Below, piece after piece: positions 14,053 through 28,365 of a stretch of 64,000 nucleotides of DNA. The DNA comes from Podarcis melisellensis. Its lineage: Eukaryota. The notes beneath the pieces are model-generated. The model had not been told where the DNA came from, made no database searches, and was given only the letters and a program-made list of their open reading frames with translations. The stretch lies in NCBI GenBank assembly GCA_964234715.1, contig OZ174278.1. One strand, written 5' to 3'. The first letter of the stretch is position 1, and each line of letters begins with the position of its first letter. A program made the translations under genes and the position numbers.

Positions 14053-15326
14053 CTGCAGAACAAAGCCAACCCAGGAAAAGAAAACTTCATTTTACTTTGA
14101 AAGCAGTCAACAGTATCAAAGCAAATAGTTAATTTGCAAGTATTAACAACAAATTTATTTTCAGAAATAACAATTTAATAGGAAAAAATGTCAAATCCAG
14201 GCTGTTTAGCAGCAAGCTGAAGAAAGCAGGTAAAAATTAAGCAGACAGAAAATGTGCTTTCAATAAGAATTCATCATCTTCAACACAAAAGCACCTGTAA
14301 GCAAAGGAGGACCCCTCTTTTAGTCTTAACATTCTAATTATATTCCTATTGGGACAATTATATAAATAAATTGTTTTTACAATTTGAAAGCTACTGTGTA
14401 TCCAGCCGTTACGTCTAAATAGATTTCTAATTCATATAAATCTTAGTGTTTATACATAAACCAAATTATTCCTGTAGCTAATTACAATGGCAGTATTTTA
14501 AACAACATATAGAACAGTCTATATTGACGTTAATTGAAAGTTCGCAGAAACAGATACCATTTCTCATCTTATAGTACATGTGTTAACAGCACAATTATCT
14601 AAGTGTTTCTCAAGGAAGATCTGTCTACAGGTGCTTTCTAGTGTTTTACCATATATGTTCAGAGAAAAACAAATGATAAAAAATAGCGGTGTCTGCCATT
14701 ATGTTTAACAGTACCTTTTTTTCCTGAACATATGACTAAAAAGAAAGTACTTTGTGTTAAAGATGTGATGTTAATAGCTTGGGATTATAAATGCAGTTTA
14801 AAGCCAGTTCCTTTTGCTTTTCATATCCAGGCAAGGCTCATATTTCACAAAAATATGTGCACATACCACAACAGCAGAGGACACACCAATTCCTTAACTG
14901 AGATAGCGGAAACCAATACTGCAATCTACAGAGCTTTAAAAATAAAAAATGTCCAGGTCTAAAAAAACCAAAACCCTCCAAATACCTGCTGTGCAAATAT
15001 TTTGCTTCAAAAGACCACTTCAAAAGTTGAGAATAGAAATTAGCCTTTTTGTTTAGTTTTGAGCAAGTCAGGATGAGGGTAATGATAAGCATATTTCAGG
15101 GATGAGTGAATTTTTACATTACTGTTGAATGTAACTCATTAAAGGGATTTTAATGAGAAGATTATGTTGTCGCGTAAACCCTTGAATGAGAGCAAATGGG
15201 GAATTAGACTTCTAAGTATTCTTGATTTTATCAGCAGAACACAATTTTCTACTGAACATGTAATCATAACAGGAATGGTAGATGAGCACCAACAAGATCT
15301 GAATACTCTCTGTCTAGAAGTCTTAC

Positions 15327-15395
15327 CGAAACAGAATTGTTAATGCTGCTATGGCCATTAGCTGGGGACTGTCTGGATGTAGAGGGGGAATCTCT
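15327..15395 (-). CDS. CASK: CASK exon 19, alternative ([23 protein letters not shown])
   Basis: 69 nt, CAG/GTAAGA, phase 0-0. Confidence 0.94.
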
Positions 15396-15859
15396 CTGAA
15401 ATAAGACACAAGGTTCATTATCACACAACACTACTGCAGAACACAGATATATTCATGTCAACAGTTATATCCACAGGCTTATGACCAATTATTTTGCCTT
15501 TTCTTTCCCGGTCTGCTTTCCACATCACACAAAGCCAAACCACAGCTTTGTGCAAACTCTGGAAGAGAGGCAAGTGGCCGCTTTGCTTCTCCCAGGTGGT
15601 CCTGATGCAATATTGTACTAAGCCATAGTTTGGCTCTGCGTATTGTTTAAACTTAGTTGTAGTTTAGCTCTCTCTAGACTAATGTTAAGCTTTATCCAAG
15701 GTTTTGTCCCATGGTTTACAGTTTGAGGTTTGTCTGGGAGAGTGAAACCATGCATCCAGATTCAGATGACACACTGAATCAAGCTATGGCTCAGCTCAGC
15801 AAAACAACAGGGGAGGAGCAAAATGATTACCCACTCCTCTTCTGAAGTTCATGCTAAAC

Positions 15860-15995
15860 CAGTGATGGCCAAACTTGGCCCTCCAGCTGTTTTGGGACTA
15901 CAACTCCCATCATCCCTAGCTAGCAGGACCAGAGGTCATGGATGATGGGAATTGTAGTCCCCAAACAGCTGGAGGGCCAAGTTTGGCCGTCACTG
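15860..15995. mobile_element. 136-bp palindromic hAT MITE
   Basis: Long inverted arms with CTACAACTCCCATCATCC core; 8-bp TSD TGCTAAAC. Confidence 0.88.
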
Positions 15996-16369
15996 TGCTA
16001 AACCATGGATTGGCTTAGCATTATGTGGAAACCAGGAATCTCAAGTGTTTTCATATTTTTTAAATACACAATCTAAATTAATGTCTATTTTTTATAACTT
16101 TAAATGTAAGTGGGACATACTATAGATACACACACGTTTGTGTGTGTGTGTGTGTGTGTAACTTGGAATGGCCTCTCTTTCATATTATTTTGAAATCTTG
16201 GGACACAACTGAATAGAAAACTTGCTATTATCTTTCAGGTGTATATGGGGAGGCCTTCCTCCTATAATAATCTGTAAATTCTGTTGGGCTTTTCATAGTC
16301 TGCAGTTCATCTGGAGGGCAACATGAAGAAACATGGCTTGCTTAAAAACAAATGGAATAGTATGATATT

Positions 16370-16372
<3 letters not shown>

Positions 16373-16412
<40 letters not shown>

Positions 16413-16448
16413 TGCCACCAATCTGGCTGGGTTTCCCCAACCACTCTT
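16373..16448 (-). repeat. (AAT)n tract forming the tail of a short retroposon 3' end; sibling at about 42076-42142 on +
   Basis: Both copies share AGAGTGG(C/T)TGGGGAAACCCAGCCAG followed by (ATT)n. Confidence 0.7.
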
Positions 16449-16796
16449 TAGAAGACATATCTTTATACTCCTGATGGGGCATATAATACATGACAAAGTT
16501 GTCAAAAAAGAAAACTCAACTTCTTTTCAATACTTCTGTAGTAAAACAACTAACTTACATTATAGAAAAAAGGACTGAGGCAAAAGTACAGGACTCTGAT
16601 ATTTTAGGTTGAGAATATTCAGTTGGGTTTAATAATTTCCCCAACAATAAGTAAAATATGTCTAACACCATATTAGATTGCAACAGGTCAATAGCTTCTT
16701 GTGTTACAAAACAACAGAGGGCATGAATGGCTTCCTCCTACATTTCGGCTTACACAGTTCTGCCTGGATCTGAGAATATTAATGCATGCATATGTA

Positions 16797-16876
16797 TGTT
16801 TTGGGACTACAATTCCCACCATCCCTAGCTAACAGAACCAGAGGTCAGGGATGATGGGAATTTTAGTCCCAAAACA
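16797..16876. mobile_element. Central fragment of the same hAT MITE family
   Basis: TGTTTTGGGACTAC...TAGTCCCAAAACA. Confidence 0.75.
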
Positions 16877-17135
16877 CACACACATACACACACAACAGGG
16901 GCAGCTGCATATTTTCCTCAAAAGAGCTCAACCATCTATTGATATGAGAAGGAGTAGTTTCAGTCAAGAAGCGCTATCAATGAGGAGATCTAGCAGTCTT
17001 TATTGTTGTGGGTCCCATATTTCGTATTCTTTGCCTAGGGAAGTCTGCCTAATCACCAATAATTTGCCTTCTAGGAAATATTGTAAGATCATCCTTTAAG
17101 GAAAAATGTTCGGACTCTATGATTTTCAAAATAAA

Positions 17136-17249
17136 GTTGTATCCAATGCTAGTCCTGCTCAGAGTAGACCCACTGAAGATGAACATGATTACTCTGGGTC
17201 ATTAATTTCAACAGGGCTACTCTGAGTAGACTAGTATTGGATATAACCC
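17136..17249. mobile_element. Palindromic MITE-like repeat (GTTGTATCCAA...TTGGATATAAC)
   Basis: Inverted arms containing CTCAGAGTAG / CTACTCTGAG; same family as 58511. Confidence 0.65.
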
Positions 17250-18196
17250 ATGATTTTAATAGCCTTTTAAACATATACTCGCAGGTCTTGCTTATCGAGC
17301 ACAATATTTTCTGTGAAAATCGTTCGTCAGGCGAGTGTTCACATAATGAGTTCATGATTTCCATTATGTCTGATAGAAATACTTCTAATCTGAGATTTTC
17401 CCAATTTCTCCCCCACCCTTTTCAATTTTTTCTGCAGCCAATCAGCAAAAGAGAGACAAAGGGAAAAACTGATTTGTCTGATCCCTCCTACTGATTCATC
17501 TGATCTTGCACCCTCAATCCCTTCATAGTTTCTGCCTAAACATAGCTGCTACCAACCAGCAAAGCAGAAGCAAGCAAGCAAATAAGGAAGTGGGCAAACT
17601 CTGGATGTTCGGATATGTGAATCTGTGGTGTGTATAGTGAGGTTTGGGCACAATTCTTTACTTGTGGATTGGTGAATTTTTGCATAGCAAGTGGGTCGAT
17701 AGTGGGATTTGCGCATATAATTTCTCTCCTTGGCCATACTTTTTTCATATCTAACTCTCAGCTTGTATTTTCAGACAAGTGAGGATCTTCAACAAAATAC
17801 TACATTGTTCCTTCGCATTCTAAAACTAATCCTCCAGCTCAGAATTCCAGGCAGCCTGAAACAGGAGCCTTGCAGCACTATTTTGGATTTGCTGTGGAAG
17901 TTGACATGGAAAAAAAGAGTGTGCTGTTATTTATTTATTTCCATCTTCCTGAAACCTTAACCTTCTGTGCCATACTGTGCTGAAGAGCTCAAGTCTGGGG
18001 CTGGGATGCCAACACTGATTTTGAGTGATCTGCTGCTATATATCGCAATATCGGGTGCCTACTGTTACTCTAGCTGGATTATCCTTTCCCCCATCACAAA
18101 ACAATACCATTTATCACCAAGGAAAAAGAGAGGGAGACAGACAATTTCAAGTGCCTGCCTTTGAACTACTAGCTCTTCCCTTCCTATTAGGCCATA

Positions 18197-18493
18197 CAGT
18201 GGTGCCTCGCAAGACAAAATTAATCCGTTCCGCGATTCTCTTTGTCTTGCGGTTTTCTCGTCTTGCGAAGCACAGCTATTAGCGGCTTAGCGGCTATTAA
18301 CGGCTTAGCGGCTATTAACGGCTTAGTGGCTTTAAGAAAAAGGAAACAAACTCGCAAGAACTCGCAAGACGTTTCATCTTGCGAAGCAACCCCATAAGGA
18401 AATTCGTCTAGCGAAGCGATGAAAAAACCGAAAAACCCTTTCGTCTTGCGCGTTTTTCGTTTTGCGAGGCATTCGTCTTGCGGGGCACCACTG
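18197..18493. mobile_element. Tc1/mariner (Tigger-like) MITE
   Basis: TIRs CAGTGGTGCCTCGCAAGAC / GTCTTGCGGGGCACCACTG; TA TSD; internal ~18-bp tandem repeat x3. Confidence 0.88.
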
Positions 18494-18752
18494 TAAACGT
18501 ATGGGTTTTTTGGGGGCGGGGTATCCATGATGACATGTAAAACATGTTGTGAAGTTCAGTTAAGAGTAGGATGTTCAGAAGGGGTTCAGTTAAGAGTAGG
18601 ATGTAAATCTATTAAATAATGATCAGGACTAAGCGGAGAGTTTTCTGGAGAGTAGGAAAGGTGTGAGGAGGCACCCATTTGCCTTTTTTTACCTTCTTAA
18701 TGCCTGAAGCATCCCCATATACTAGGGATGGTGAAACAGTGAGCCTCTAGAT

Positions 18753-18886
18753 GGGCCTTTCTCAACCTTGGGTCCCCAGATGTTGTTGGACTTCAACTCC
18801 CATCATTCCTAGTTAGCAGAACCAGTGGTCAGGGATGATGGGAGTTGTAGCCCCACGTCTGGGGACCCAATGGTTGAGAAAGACTG
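18753..18886. mobile_element. Palindromic hAT MITE
   Basis: Same core; 8-bp TSD CTCTAGAT. Confidence 0.85.
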
Positions 18887-21800
18887 CTCTAGATGATGCT
18901 GGAATATTAGCCTTGACCACTGTACATTCTCCTGTAGCCAACCATACAATTTGTTTATAATGTTCCATTGATTTGTTATGCTTTATGCCTTTGTATCTCA
19001 GTTGTCTTACCAAAGGCCAACTCAAAATTTGAACTCAGTTTAAAAAGCAAGGTGTTCCTAACATAGCTACAGTTCTGAACACCTGAAATTACAAAGCAAC
19101 TTGCAGAACCCAATGGAGGAAACATGGATTTGACTTCTGCACAATTCCCAATGTTCTGCTATAAATAATGAAATCAAATTTCCATTTATCCATGGAATTT
19201 TCACTTCATGCCATGTTTTCATATGCATTGCTATTCTCTGGCTAAATTTCCTTCCTCTGTATATATTGTCTCATTTTCAGATAATTACTTTTGCTACTTG
19301 TAGAAGAAGGAACACATGGACCTTTTAGGAACAAGCCTCTCAAGCAATGCCTCATGAACTAAAAGGTGTGTTCTACCTTTCAGTATTAAGGGGGAATGTC
19401 ACTTAATGGATGAGGAGCCTGAGGTTAGAAATTTTACCCTATCTCAAAGTTAAGGGATGCAATATAATACTGGTTTGTAGGGCATGCTCAAACCATAGTT
19501 TGTTAATTCAAATGCGATGGCAAATTAAGGTTGACCTCAAACCAGAAGGGAAGTAGTGAATCACTATGTTCACATAATGCCAACCCATGGTTTGCCATTA
19601 GGCCTGAACCATTCTAGAGAAAGATACTCTAAGCAACATATTTTTGGGGATGAAATTTCAACACCACGTTTGAATTCTATTAGCCTATCTTACAGCAACT
19701 AGGAGGAGAATATTTGTTAGTTCTGTTCCATGTTGAGTTTTGCTCAAGAGCTAGAGGCACAAAGTGTCAGAGATTGCATTACAGTATAAGAAACTGGGCA
19801 TAACTAAAATACCAGCTGTAGCATAAAAAATTCTAGTAGATCATAATAAGCTTGTGCAAAGTCCTACAAAAAAACTTGTACACATGGAGAAACTCCTCAG
19901 GACTTGGGATTTATTTTCTTACACAATGGTTTCCTGCTAAGTCAGAAACAGCCCTTCCATGCATGGAAGACGCTTTCCATCGACTGATGGCATACCTATG
20001 GTTCCAGCTCAAAGCCTATATTTCAGGTTTTCACAAATTTTCAGGTGTTTTTTTTAAAATGCAAAGCTTCTTGAAAGAACTCAAACATGCATTTCAAGAA
20101 CGTGTGTTTTGAAATTTTGAAAATTGAGCTTTTTATAGATGCTAGAAGTTGAGTTTTTTAATGAAAAATCAAAGTGAGGATAGACTACTAAAAAGAATGG
20201 CTAGTAAAAAGCAAAATGAAAAGAAACACAATAACAGATCTAATTTTACTTCTATGGATCAAAAACCTCCAATTGTATTGTTTTAATGTAAATGAATGCA
20301 AAGTTATCTTCTCTTTTTAATTTTATTTTGTAGGAGCAGGAGAGCTTTGACCAAGGCAGCATCTAAAAAAAGAATTCTTAAAATTCAAAGTGATTATCAA
20401 AGTCTAAAATACATCCTGAGAGTTCTAGAAAAATAATAACTTGTTTTCAGTGCCTGACTACAGATATGTGCTCAATCATTTGTAGAATGCATTTAGAGAA
20501 ATAAGATTCTACGGTATTACAAACTATCCTTTAAAAATCATCTTATGCTGAGGGTTAGTATTAGAGGTTGAAGCTATTTCACCGCCTCCTGAATTAAAGC
20601 CATCTTGGTATAGTCTATAACCATGTTAAGTGTTTTGAAGGGCAACATCCCCTCAACATTGTCATGCTTTGTATAACTGAGTAGGATTTATGTGTGGGAA
20701 AATGTGGGTTCCCCACTAGCATATTCATTGCTTCTTTGATTGTTGTGAGGACTGCAGTATGGAAGGGTCATGGCCACCTATTCAGTACAGTTTGTAATGT
20801 GACTTGTGATGCCAACACAGGGTTGTTGTTTTTTTTTAAAAAATAATCCAGGCCATTTTGTAAGTATTACTTATCCTTCTAAAACAAAAGGTTTGGAGAC
20901 TGTGCACTGAATCAACTGCACGACTCCTGAACAGGAGTGTATAACTTGTCAAGGTTTTAAAATGGAGAAACAGTAGCATGGCAAGCCTCCAATGCAAGGT
21001 GGGCCTCTCATTACCTTTTTACATGAGTGTGAAATGTTGTGCTATTGACACAAACAAGTAATCTACATGGATGTTGAATAATGGCTTATATGCGCTTCTG
21101 GCAACTACTGAAATAAATACAATTTACTTCAAAATTAAATAATTGCCATTTTAGAATGGAAGATGATAATTTTGCGTATCTGTATATTGGCAATCTATAA
21201 TATGCTACAAAAATCCACATAGGAACAACTGATACATTGAGCATGCAGTATTTTAAAGTATGACATCACTTACATAGTATTTCTCCCAGTTTGTTTGCTA
21301 AGTAGGAAAAACATCCTTCCTTAAAATGAATTTAATCAAAACAAATCTATCAAAGCATATTTTATACAGGTACAAAACCCCAAACAAGCAATTAGAAACA
21401 TTTTGCATGGGAGAAAAGAGAGTGGAAGGCTCTTTGGTTTAAGAAGTTACATGTACTTCCTGGAAAAAAGTGTTTTAAATAGTTTTACACTTAGGCATTG
21501 CAGAATTAAAGATTATGAAACTAGAAAAAAAAATAAAGAGGTAACCCAACAATAATTTAAACAGAATTATATTTAAATATTTTCTGAAAGCTGTTTGGCT
21601 CACAATGTGCCACTAATTTATCTCCTTGCTAGTTTGCCTGATATCAGGATATTCCTAAACTTTAATTTTTTTTTAAAATGTGCAGTTCAAAATCCATGAA
21701 CCACTTCCCACTTTTTGGAAGTATTGCAAACTGTGTTATATTCCTAATTATAGTTTTCTTTTAATATTTTTGAAGAGACATCATTTTCTTTGGCTAGATA

Positions 21801-21943
21801 ATCCCCCCCAAATTTCATTCTATCCATGCCTCATTACAATTATGAATTGCAAAAAGAATCCAAGTTACCATAAGCCACTGTGAATTTCTACTTCTTACAA
21901 CTAACAGTGATTATATGGAACTTTGGGCTCAGGATATAAAGTA

Positions 21944-22184
21944 CAGTGGTACCTCGAGTTACAAATGCCTCAGGTTACAAACGCTTCAGGTTACAAACTC
22001 CGCTAACCTGGAAGAGTTACCTTGAGTTGAGAACTTTGCCCCAGGATGAGAATGGAAATTGTGTGCCGGCGGCACAGCGGCAGCAAGAGGCCCCATTAGT
22101 GAAAGCATGCCTCTAGTTAAGAACAGTTTCAGGTTAAGAATGGACCTCTGGAACAAATTAAATTCGTAACTAGAGGTACCACAT
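21944..22184. mobile_element. Tc1/mariner (Tigger-like) MITE
   Basis: TA|CAGTGGTACCTC ... GAGGTACCAC; same family as the 44646 copy in opposite orientation. Confidence 0.85.
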
Positions 22185-23434
22185 GAAATTATTATCTGCG
22201 ATTTTGAAAAGGGCTGGCTTTTCTCATAACTGCAATCTTCTCCTTTCTTCTCTTTCTTCTTCTCTCTCTCTTACAAGGCATTTGATCTGCCATACTACTG
22301 CCAGGTAGATAACTCTAACCCCCCCCCCCCGCCCCAATCAGCATTTTCAACAGGAACAGACTTTGTAAATCTACCCTATGTATGTTAGAACATTTACTTG
22401 TCTCATGAAATAAGTTATCCCATGAAATAAAATTGGTATAGCGTTGCTTACTCCTGACAAAGCCAAACATCTACTTAATTTCTATCATAAGTGAGAAGTT
22501 TCATGACTGTACTTCTCACTAGGTACTAGATACAGAAATTTGTCCTAATGTATTAAATAAAAATAATTATTTTCCCATTTTTTTCTGATATCAGTGATTC
22601 TTCAGCCATCTGGTGCTTTTGCTTTCCTCTGGCTAAATTGGTAGATTAAACGGATATCATAAATGAAATATACATCCCAATGACGAATTCATTTTCAACA
22701 TTCTTTTCCTATTTATCTATATAACTTTTATCTCTTTATTGAGTATCTTGCCCTTTGGTCACATGGTTATCCTTTTTATAATAAACAAACAGGAATTTCC
22801 CCCATTAATTGATAATCATAATCCTGCTAAGCACTTACAATTTACTGATCTTTTTGCTAATTTATTTGTGATGTTTAATATTTTCACTAGATGCAATATA
22901 TTGGGCTGTTGGCTTGATCGGTTTGCTTCTACTAGAACATCTACATACGAAATGTTTCCCTTTTTCTATTTAAAAGCTTGTCTTTAATTCTCACATTTTA
23001 AAAAACCCTGCTGCTACAGTGTGTTTCCTTTTAGTATCATCCTTCTGTCTCTGTCAGTGATTTGCTATAGTAGTTTAAACATTTTAACTCCTTGAGAAAC
23101 AACAGACCATGCATTCTGAATTTATTTTGCCTTTACAGTCCTCCTGAACATACCATCTTATTCACTGCACTAAAAAACTTACTTAAGCCTGCTTTTTACC
23201 ACCCAATGTCCCAATTATGCCTAAAATAAAGCAGGAAATAGCACAAGTCCTTTTCCATATTATAGGCTGTTAGGGAGCAATTAATGAGCTGATGTAATGA
23301 TATGAGAGAAGGACGACACAGTAGGTAGGTAGCGCTACTCCTCTGTTCCGTTATCTTTGTTGTAAAATTGGTGTGCGTGATCTAACAGCACAGGCAGAAA
23401 CAATTTCCCAGAAAGCAATAACATTCAGCCATCA

Positions 23435-23656
<222 letters not shown>

Positions 23657-24576
23657 TCAGCAGTTGTTTCAGAAATTCATGTTCAGAAATAAAATAGAAA
23701 ATATGGCAATCATGTGGCTGTATTTCAAACCAGATGCACCTGTACTGTTCACTAGTACTCATTAGAGGTCTTCAGAAATCAGCAAGACATCACAAACATT
23801 TTGAACCTGCAAGCTGCTTCTCTCTTGGTGATTTCAACCTTTTCTCCTTGTCATTTCCTGGCTTACTTTAGCAACAAAGACATGCGACTTTTTTTCAATT
23901 TACATGTTAAATTCAAAGAAAATAATTTTGATATGGCATAAAATTTGTTATACTGAAGATGGAAAAATAGAGAGTGGCGTTGAGTACTGAAACACTAACA
24001 TTAAAAACTCTAACCTAAATTGACCATTATTATAAGGTGAAACCTGCAGCTTGCTGCAGATTTTATAATTATTATTTATTTACATAGCATGCAAAGGCTT
24101 GTCATAATCCATTATTTCTTTAAAAACAACAATGAGGCTAAATTCAAAGAATGGGATTATTTTATGAACAACAAATGCGGGCATACAAGCAGAAGATAAC
24201 AACAAGGATAATCAAATCTTACAGATGAAAGCTGCTTAATAGAATGCTTTGAAAATAACTTCCTTCCTGTGCTTAGTACTACTATTTAGATTGAGTTAAG
24301 TATTTTATATAAAAATGCATCTCCAGCCCTGAATAGAATGTGTAGATTAAACTTACACAACAAAAGACTGAACAACTTCTACAACAGCGATCACTGAAGA
24401 CACAATATTTTTCATTACTGTTTTCATGAACGAAAGATCAGTGTCACTGAACATTTTCAACTTCTGCTCCTTACCCTAACACACACACAAGTTATTTGTA
24501 CAAACTTAAAAAGACAGGATCAGAATGGTCAGTCTAACTGTTGGGAGCATTTCTTTTCAATGGAAGAGAAAAAGAA

Positions 24577-24628
24577 GTTGGACTCGATGGCCCTTGTGGT
24601 CTCTTCCAACTCTAAGATTCTAAGATTA
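24577..24628 (+). mobile_element. CR1 extreme 3' end
   Basis: GTTGGACTCGATGGCCCTTGTGGTCTCTTCCAACTCTAAGATTCTAAGATT; 8-nt terminal repeat typical of CR1. Confidence 0.75.
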
Positions 24629-24731
24629 TTTTTTAAGACAAATGTTCTAATTTTGCCATTATGAGTAGCCCTAAATCATGCTGTATTTGTGTGTGTGTAG
24701 TACAAGTCAACCCAACTGAAACACTTAGTTA

Positions 24732-25042
24732 GGGCTTATTCAGGCTTACCTTTCCTCTGCTATTTCAAGTCAGAGCTGCAATTAAAAGCTCTGTGTCCGA
24801 GCCCCACCACCCCTTTTTGCTTTGGAGCTTTCCCCGTGAAAATCCATTCTTTAAAGCTCAACTGGAGCAAACAGCAATCCGTGGTAAACCTCAACTGATG
24901 TTTGCTTCAATTCAGCTTTAAAGAACAGTTTTTTGTGCAGGAGGCTTGGGGCACAGACACCCTCCCATGTTCAGACACGGAGCATTAAAATGTGGACCGG
25001 CGTCTGGAAAGGGCAGGGCAAAAGGTAACTGTGGATAAGCCC
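24732..25042. mobile_element. PIF/Harbinger-like MITE
   Basis: TIRs GGGCTTATTCAGGCTTACCTTT / AAAGGTAACTGTGGATAAGCCC; TTA/TCA flanks; internal palindrome. Confidence 0.65.
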
Positions 25043-25239
25043 TCAGGGACAGTAAATATCTCGTCCCACTTTAGTTGGTAAGAAAATCAGAAGAAGCAAG
25101 GGGAAAGGACAACAAATGCTTTGAGGCCTGAGGTTAAGCTTGCAAAGAATTATCTCTTGAAAAAACAGTGATAGGTGATGGGGAAGCAAAGCTCACAGCA
25201 CTGGACTCCATTAGTTTAAGAAGCAAATTTGAGTTTTTA

Positions 25240-25416
<177 letters not shown>

Positions 25417-25945
25417 TCAAATCCCAAAGAAAGAAGGATTGGCAGTAAAAGGAGCCATACCTGAAGTAATATTAAACTACATCAACATATTAAATATTAA
25501 CATAAAAAATACTCTACTTTCATTTCTCTTATTCAACACACACTATATATATATCAGTGGGTTTTCATACTCTCATGCTTTTAATGCACATCTTTTTCTT
25601 TATTAAATGTACAGATTGCTTTTTGCTCCAAGACCTTAAAGTGGTTTCTAACAATCATAAAATGATACGATCATTAAAACTTAATACAATTTAAAATCAG
25701 ATCCATACTAAGCAGTAAATGCAAGGATGGCAGAAGAGAGAGAACATAACACACAGCAGAAACAAAATAAAATGCTGTAGGAAGCCCACCATGCACAAGC
25801 CACCGGAGATGGGCCCTTGGCTGCAGTCCAGTTAGCTCATGTCTTAATGAGGCCTTACTCATGACTCTGGTTCACAAAATATAGTATGAAATCAATCTTT
25901 GCATTATATGTTGTTTCTTGAAGCATTTCTATGCTTCAGGTATAG

Positions 25946-26125
25946 CAGGCACATCCAACAGGTAGATCATGATCTACCGGTACATCACTGGATGTCTGTG
26001 GTAGATTAGTAGCTCCCCTCAAAAAAGCTCAGCAGCTTTGATCTGAACCCCTCAAAAGGGGGCAGATCACTGCCAGACTTTAACTCCGTGAGTAGATCGT
26101 AGTACCTTGGGAGTCGGCCACCCCG
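25946..26125. mobile_element. hAT-type MITE with internal GTAGATC repeats
   Basis: Flanked by (A/G)GGTATAG direct repeats; imperfect TIRs. Confidence 0.65.
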
Positions 26126-26270
26126 GGGTATAGCAACAGGACTTGCTGAAGCAGAGAGGTATGGGACCATAGCCACTGAACAATTCCTAGCACCAGGTAC
26201 TCTTGCGTCACTTGGACTCAATGCCTCTAAGCTCTGCATGTTTGCAGGGTACCACATGAAAGTTGTGCTA

Positions 26271-26372
<102 letters not shown>

Positions 26373-28365
26373 CTAGTAAAAAGAAACAATCAATTCAGAA
26401 AATAGGGAACAAGTATCTTCAGAAACTAAATTTGTTCATATGAGTATTCTTCACAAATGTGTAGTAGAAATAATGTCTGACCCAGCATGTTTGAAATTGC
26501 AGAGTCTGTTTATGGCAACCCTTAGATCACTGGATAAAATTCTGTTTTTAATTATAATTGTTTTTAGAATATTTTTAACTGAAATTGCATTTAGAAGGTG
26601 TTTTTTTTTTTACTGTAACTGTTTTTGTTTTAGAATGCTTAAAAAAAAGACATAACGAAAGTTTGGATGTGTTTGCAGCCCTGGGCTGCTTCAAGAGGAG
26701 AGGGAGAATGAATGAATGAATGGGGTCACTGAAATGATTTTATTGAAATGTACTGTTTTTGGTTTTATGTTATGCCTTCTTTGCTCTGAACCTTTTACAA
26801 CTTACTTAGTGACTTTTTATAGTAAGCAACTAATACAGAATATAATAATAAACCTACCACTTTCTACTCTGTTTGTGCAAATTGCATAAACGTTGTAGTA
26901 TTTTCCTTTCAGATACTGCACTCACAGAAATTACCAGGAAGTCACAGATCGGATGTGCTGGGAAACCAGGGATATGCCAGCTCAAACATTATTTCCTGTA
27001 TGCAGGCAGAATCCTCTGGGTCACTTGGGCTGTTATGTGATAGTTTTTAAATATCTGAACCAGCTGAAAAAATGGCCAATTCTATGAACGGATTCGTGGA
27101 AGCTAAAGGCTTCCATCTACAATATTAGCAAATAGTTGTTCTTTAGAAGGTCTATCATGCAAACTCTCCAAGAAAATATTCTGTTTTATCTGTTTATGTC
27201 AGCTAACATTCTAAATCAAGGCTTATCACAGGAAAACTCTACTGCAGGTACACCAAGAAAGGTCGTAATTCTTCTCTTGAGAGAATATCCTCTATCAGAT
27301 ATTTGAAGTTCACTTGGAGGATACTTTTGTAAGCTAGAAATCAGATATATAAACTGAGGTAACCTTTATGAGAGTATCTATGACTTTATTCTTCTGCAAA
27401 ATCCCAAGTTGTTGTTGGAATAGCCATTATCATTTTTTATTGCAATTTAAGGATTTTACTTTCTTTTCAGCATAACAATGTTGCTTAGGTTGCCAGCAAT
27501 TCAGTTCTATTTCCCCTCGCCTATATTAGCCAGAATTCCATGACAGATGAGCATGCTCAGTGTTCATCGGTTCCTTCTGCAGTTATTCCTGCCCACATGG
27601 GCTTCCCCGCCTAGTTTTGCTTTTTTTGTATTTCTGCAGAAGTTCTTAAGAGTTCTACCAACTTGGATTCTTCCTCTGTGTAGATATTGTTTCAGTGATA
27701 CATGGACTGGTGCTCAGCCATCTGTGTTAGCTATTAGGATGCGCAGGTGGGTCCTCACAACAGAATGGTATGTGTCTGTTTCGAGGGAACCTTCAAAATT
27801 CCCCCTTTTTAGGCAGAACAAGCAGGCTTCAGCTAGCAAGAGCGTGAATGGTCGAGTACTTTTATATCTATGTGTTTCTGCCTTATTTTCCAGCCATTCC
27901 ATCCGATCCCCACTCCCATCCAGTTTTCACCCCTGTCCCCCACAAAGAGCTAGCATTCCATGGGCAGTGAGTCCTCATTGGTCTACTTTTGGGGATTCTT
28001 CCCATGAAATTCTTTTATATGGCTGTTGCCTTTTGGCTAGATAAGCAACAACACTCGGAAAACTGACTTGGAATGAGAATATACTATGATATAGTTGGGC
28101 TAAGCAGCTGCAGCAGCAACACAGTTAACTACAAATTGAAGTCTGTTTCTAAAGTTAGGAAAATGCAATATGTAATGCTACAACTTATTAAGAATCCCCA
28201 ATAAAACATTTTAAATGATTAGCTATCAAATGCCATTCTAAAGATAGAAATTAAAAATGGTTTATAACTAAGTTTTATATGATCCAGTCATTAGTCACAA
28301 TTTACCATCTGGTAATGAATGGATGCAAGTCAGATATCTTTATATGGGAGCAGCTGTCTATTTAC

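Noticed and set aside
18554-18604. 21-bp direct repeat with a 9-nt spacer
   Set aside because: Simple local duplication with two units only; not an array
27547-28044. 165-aa ORF on the + strand
   Set aside because: No recognisable domain; intronic antisense, most likely a chance ORF
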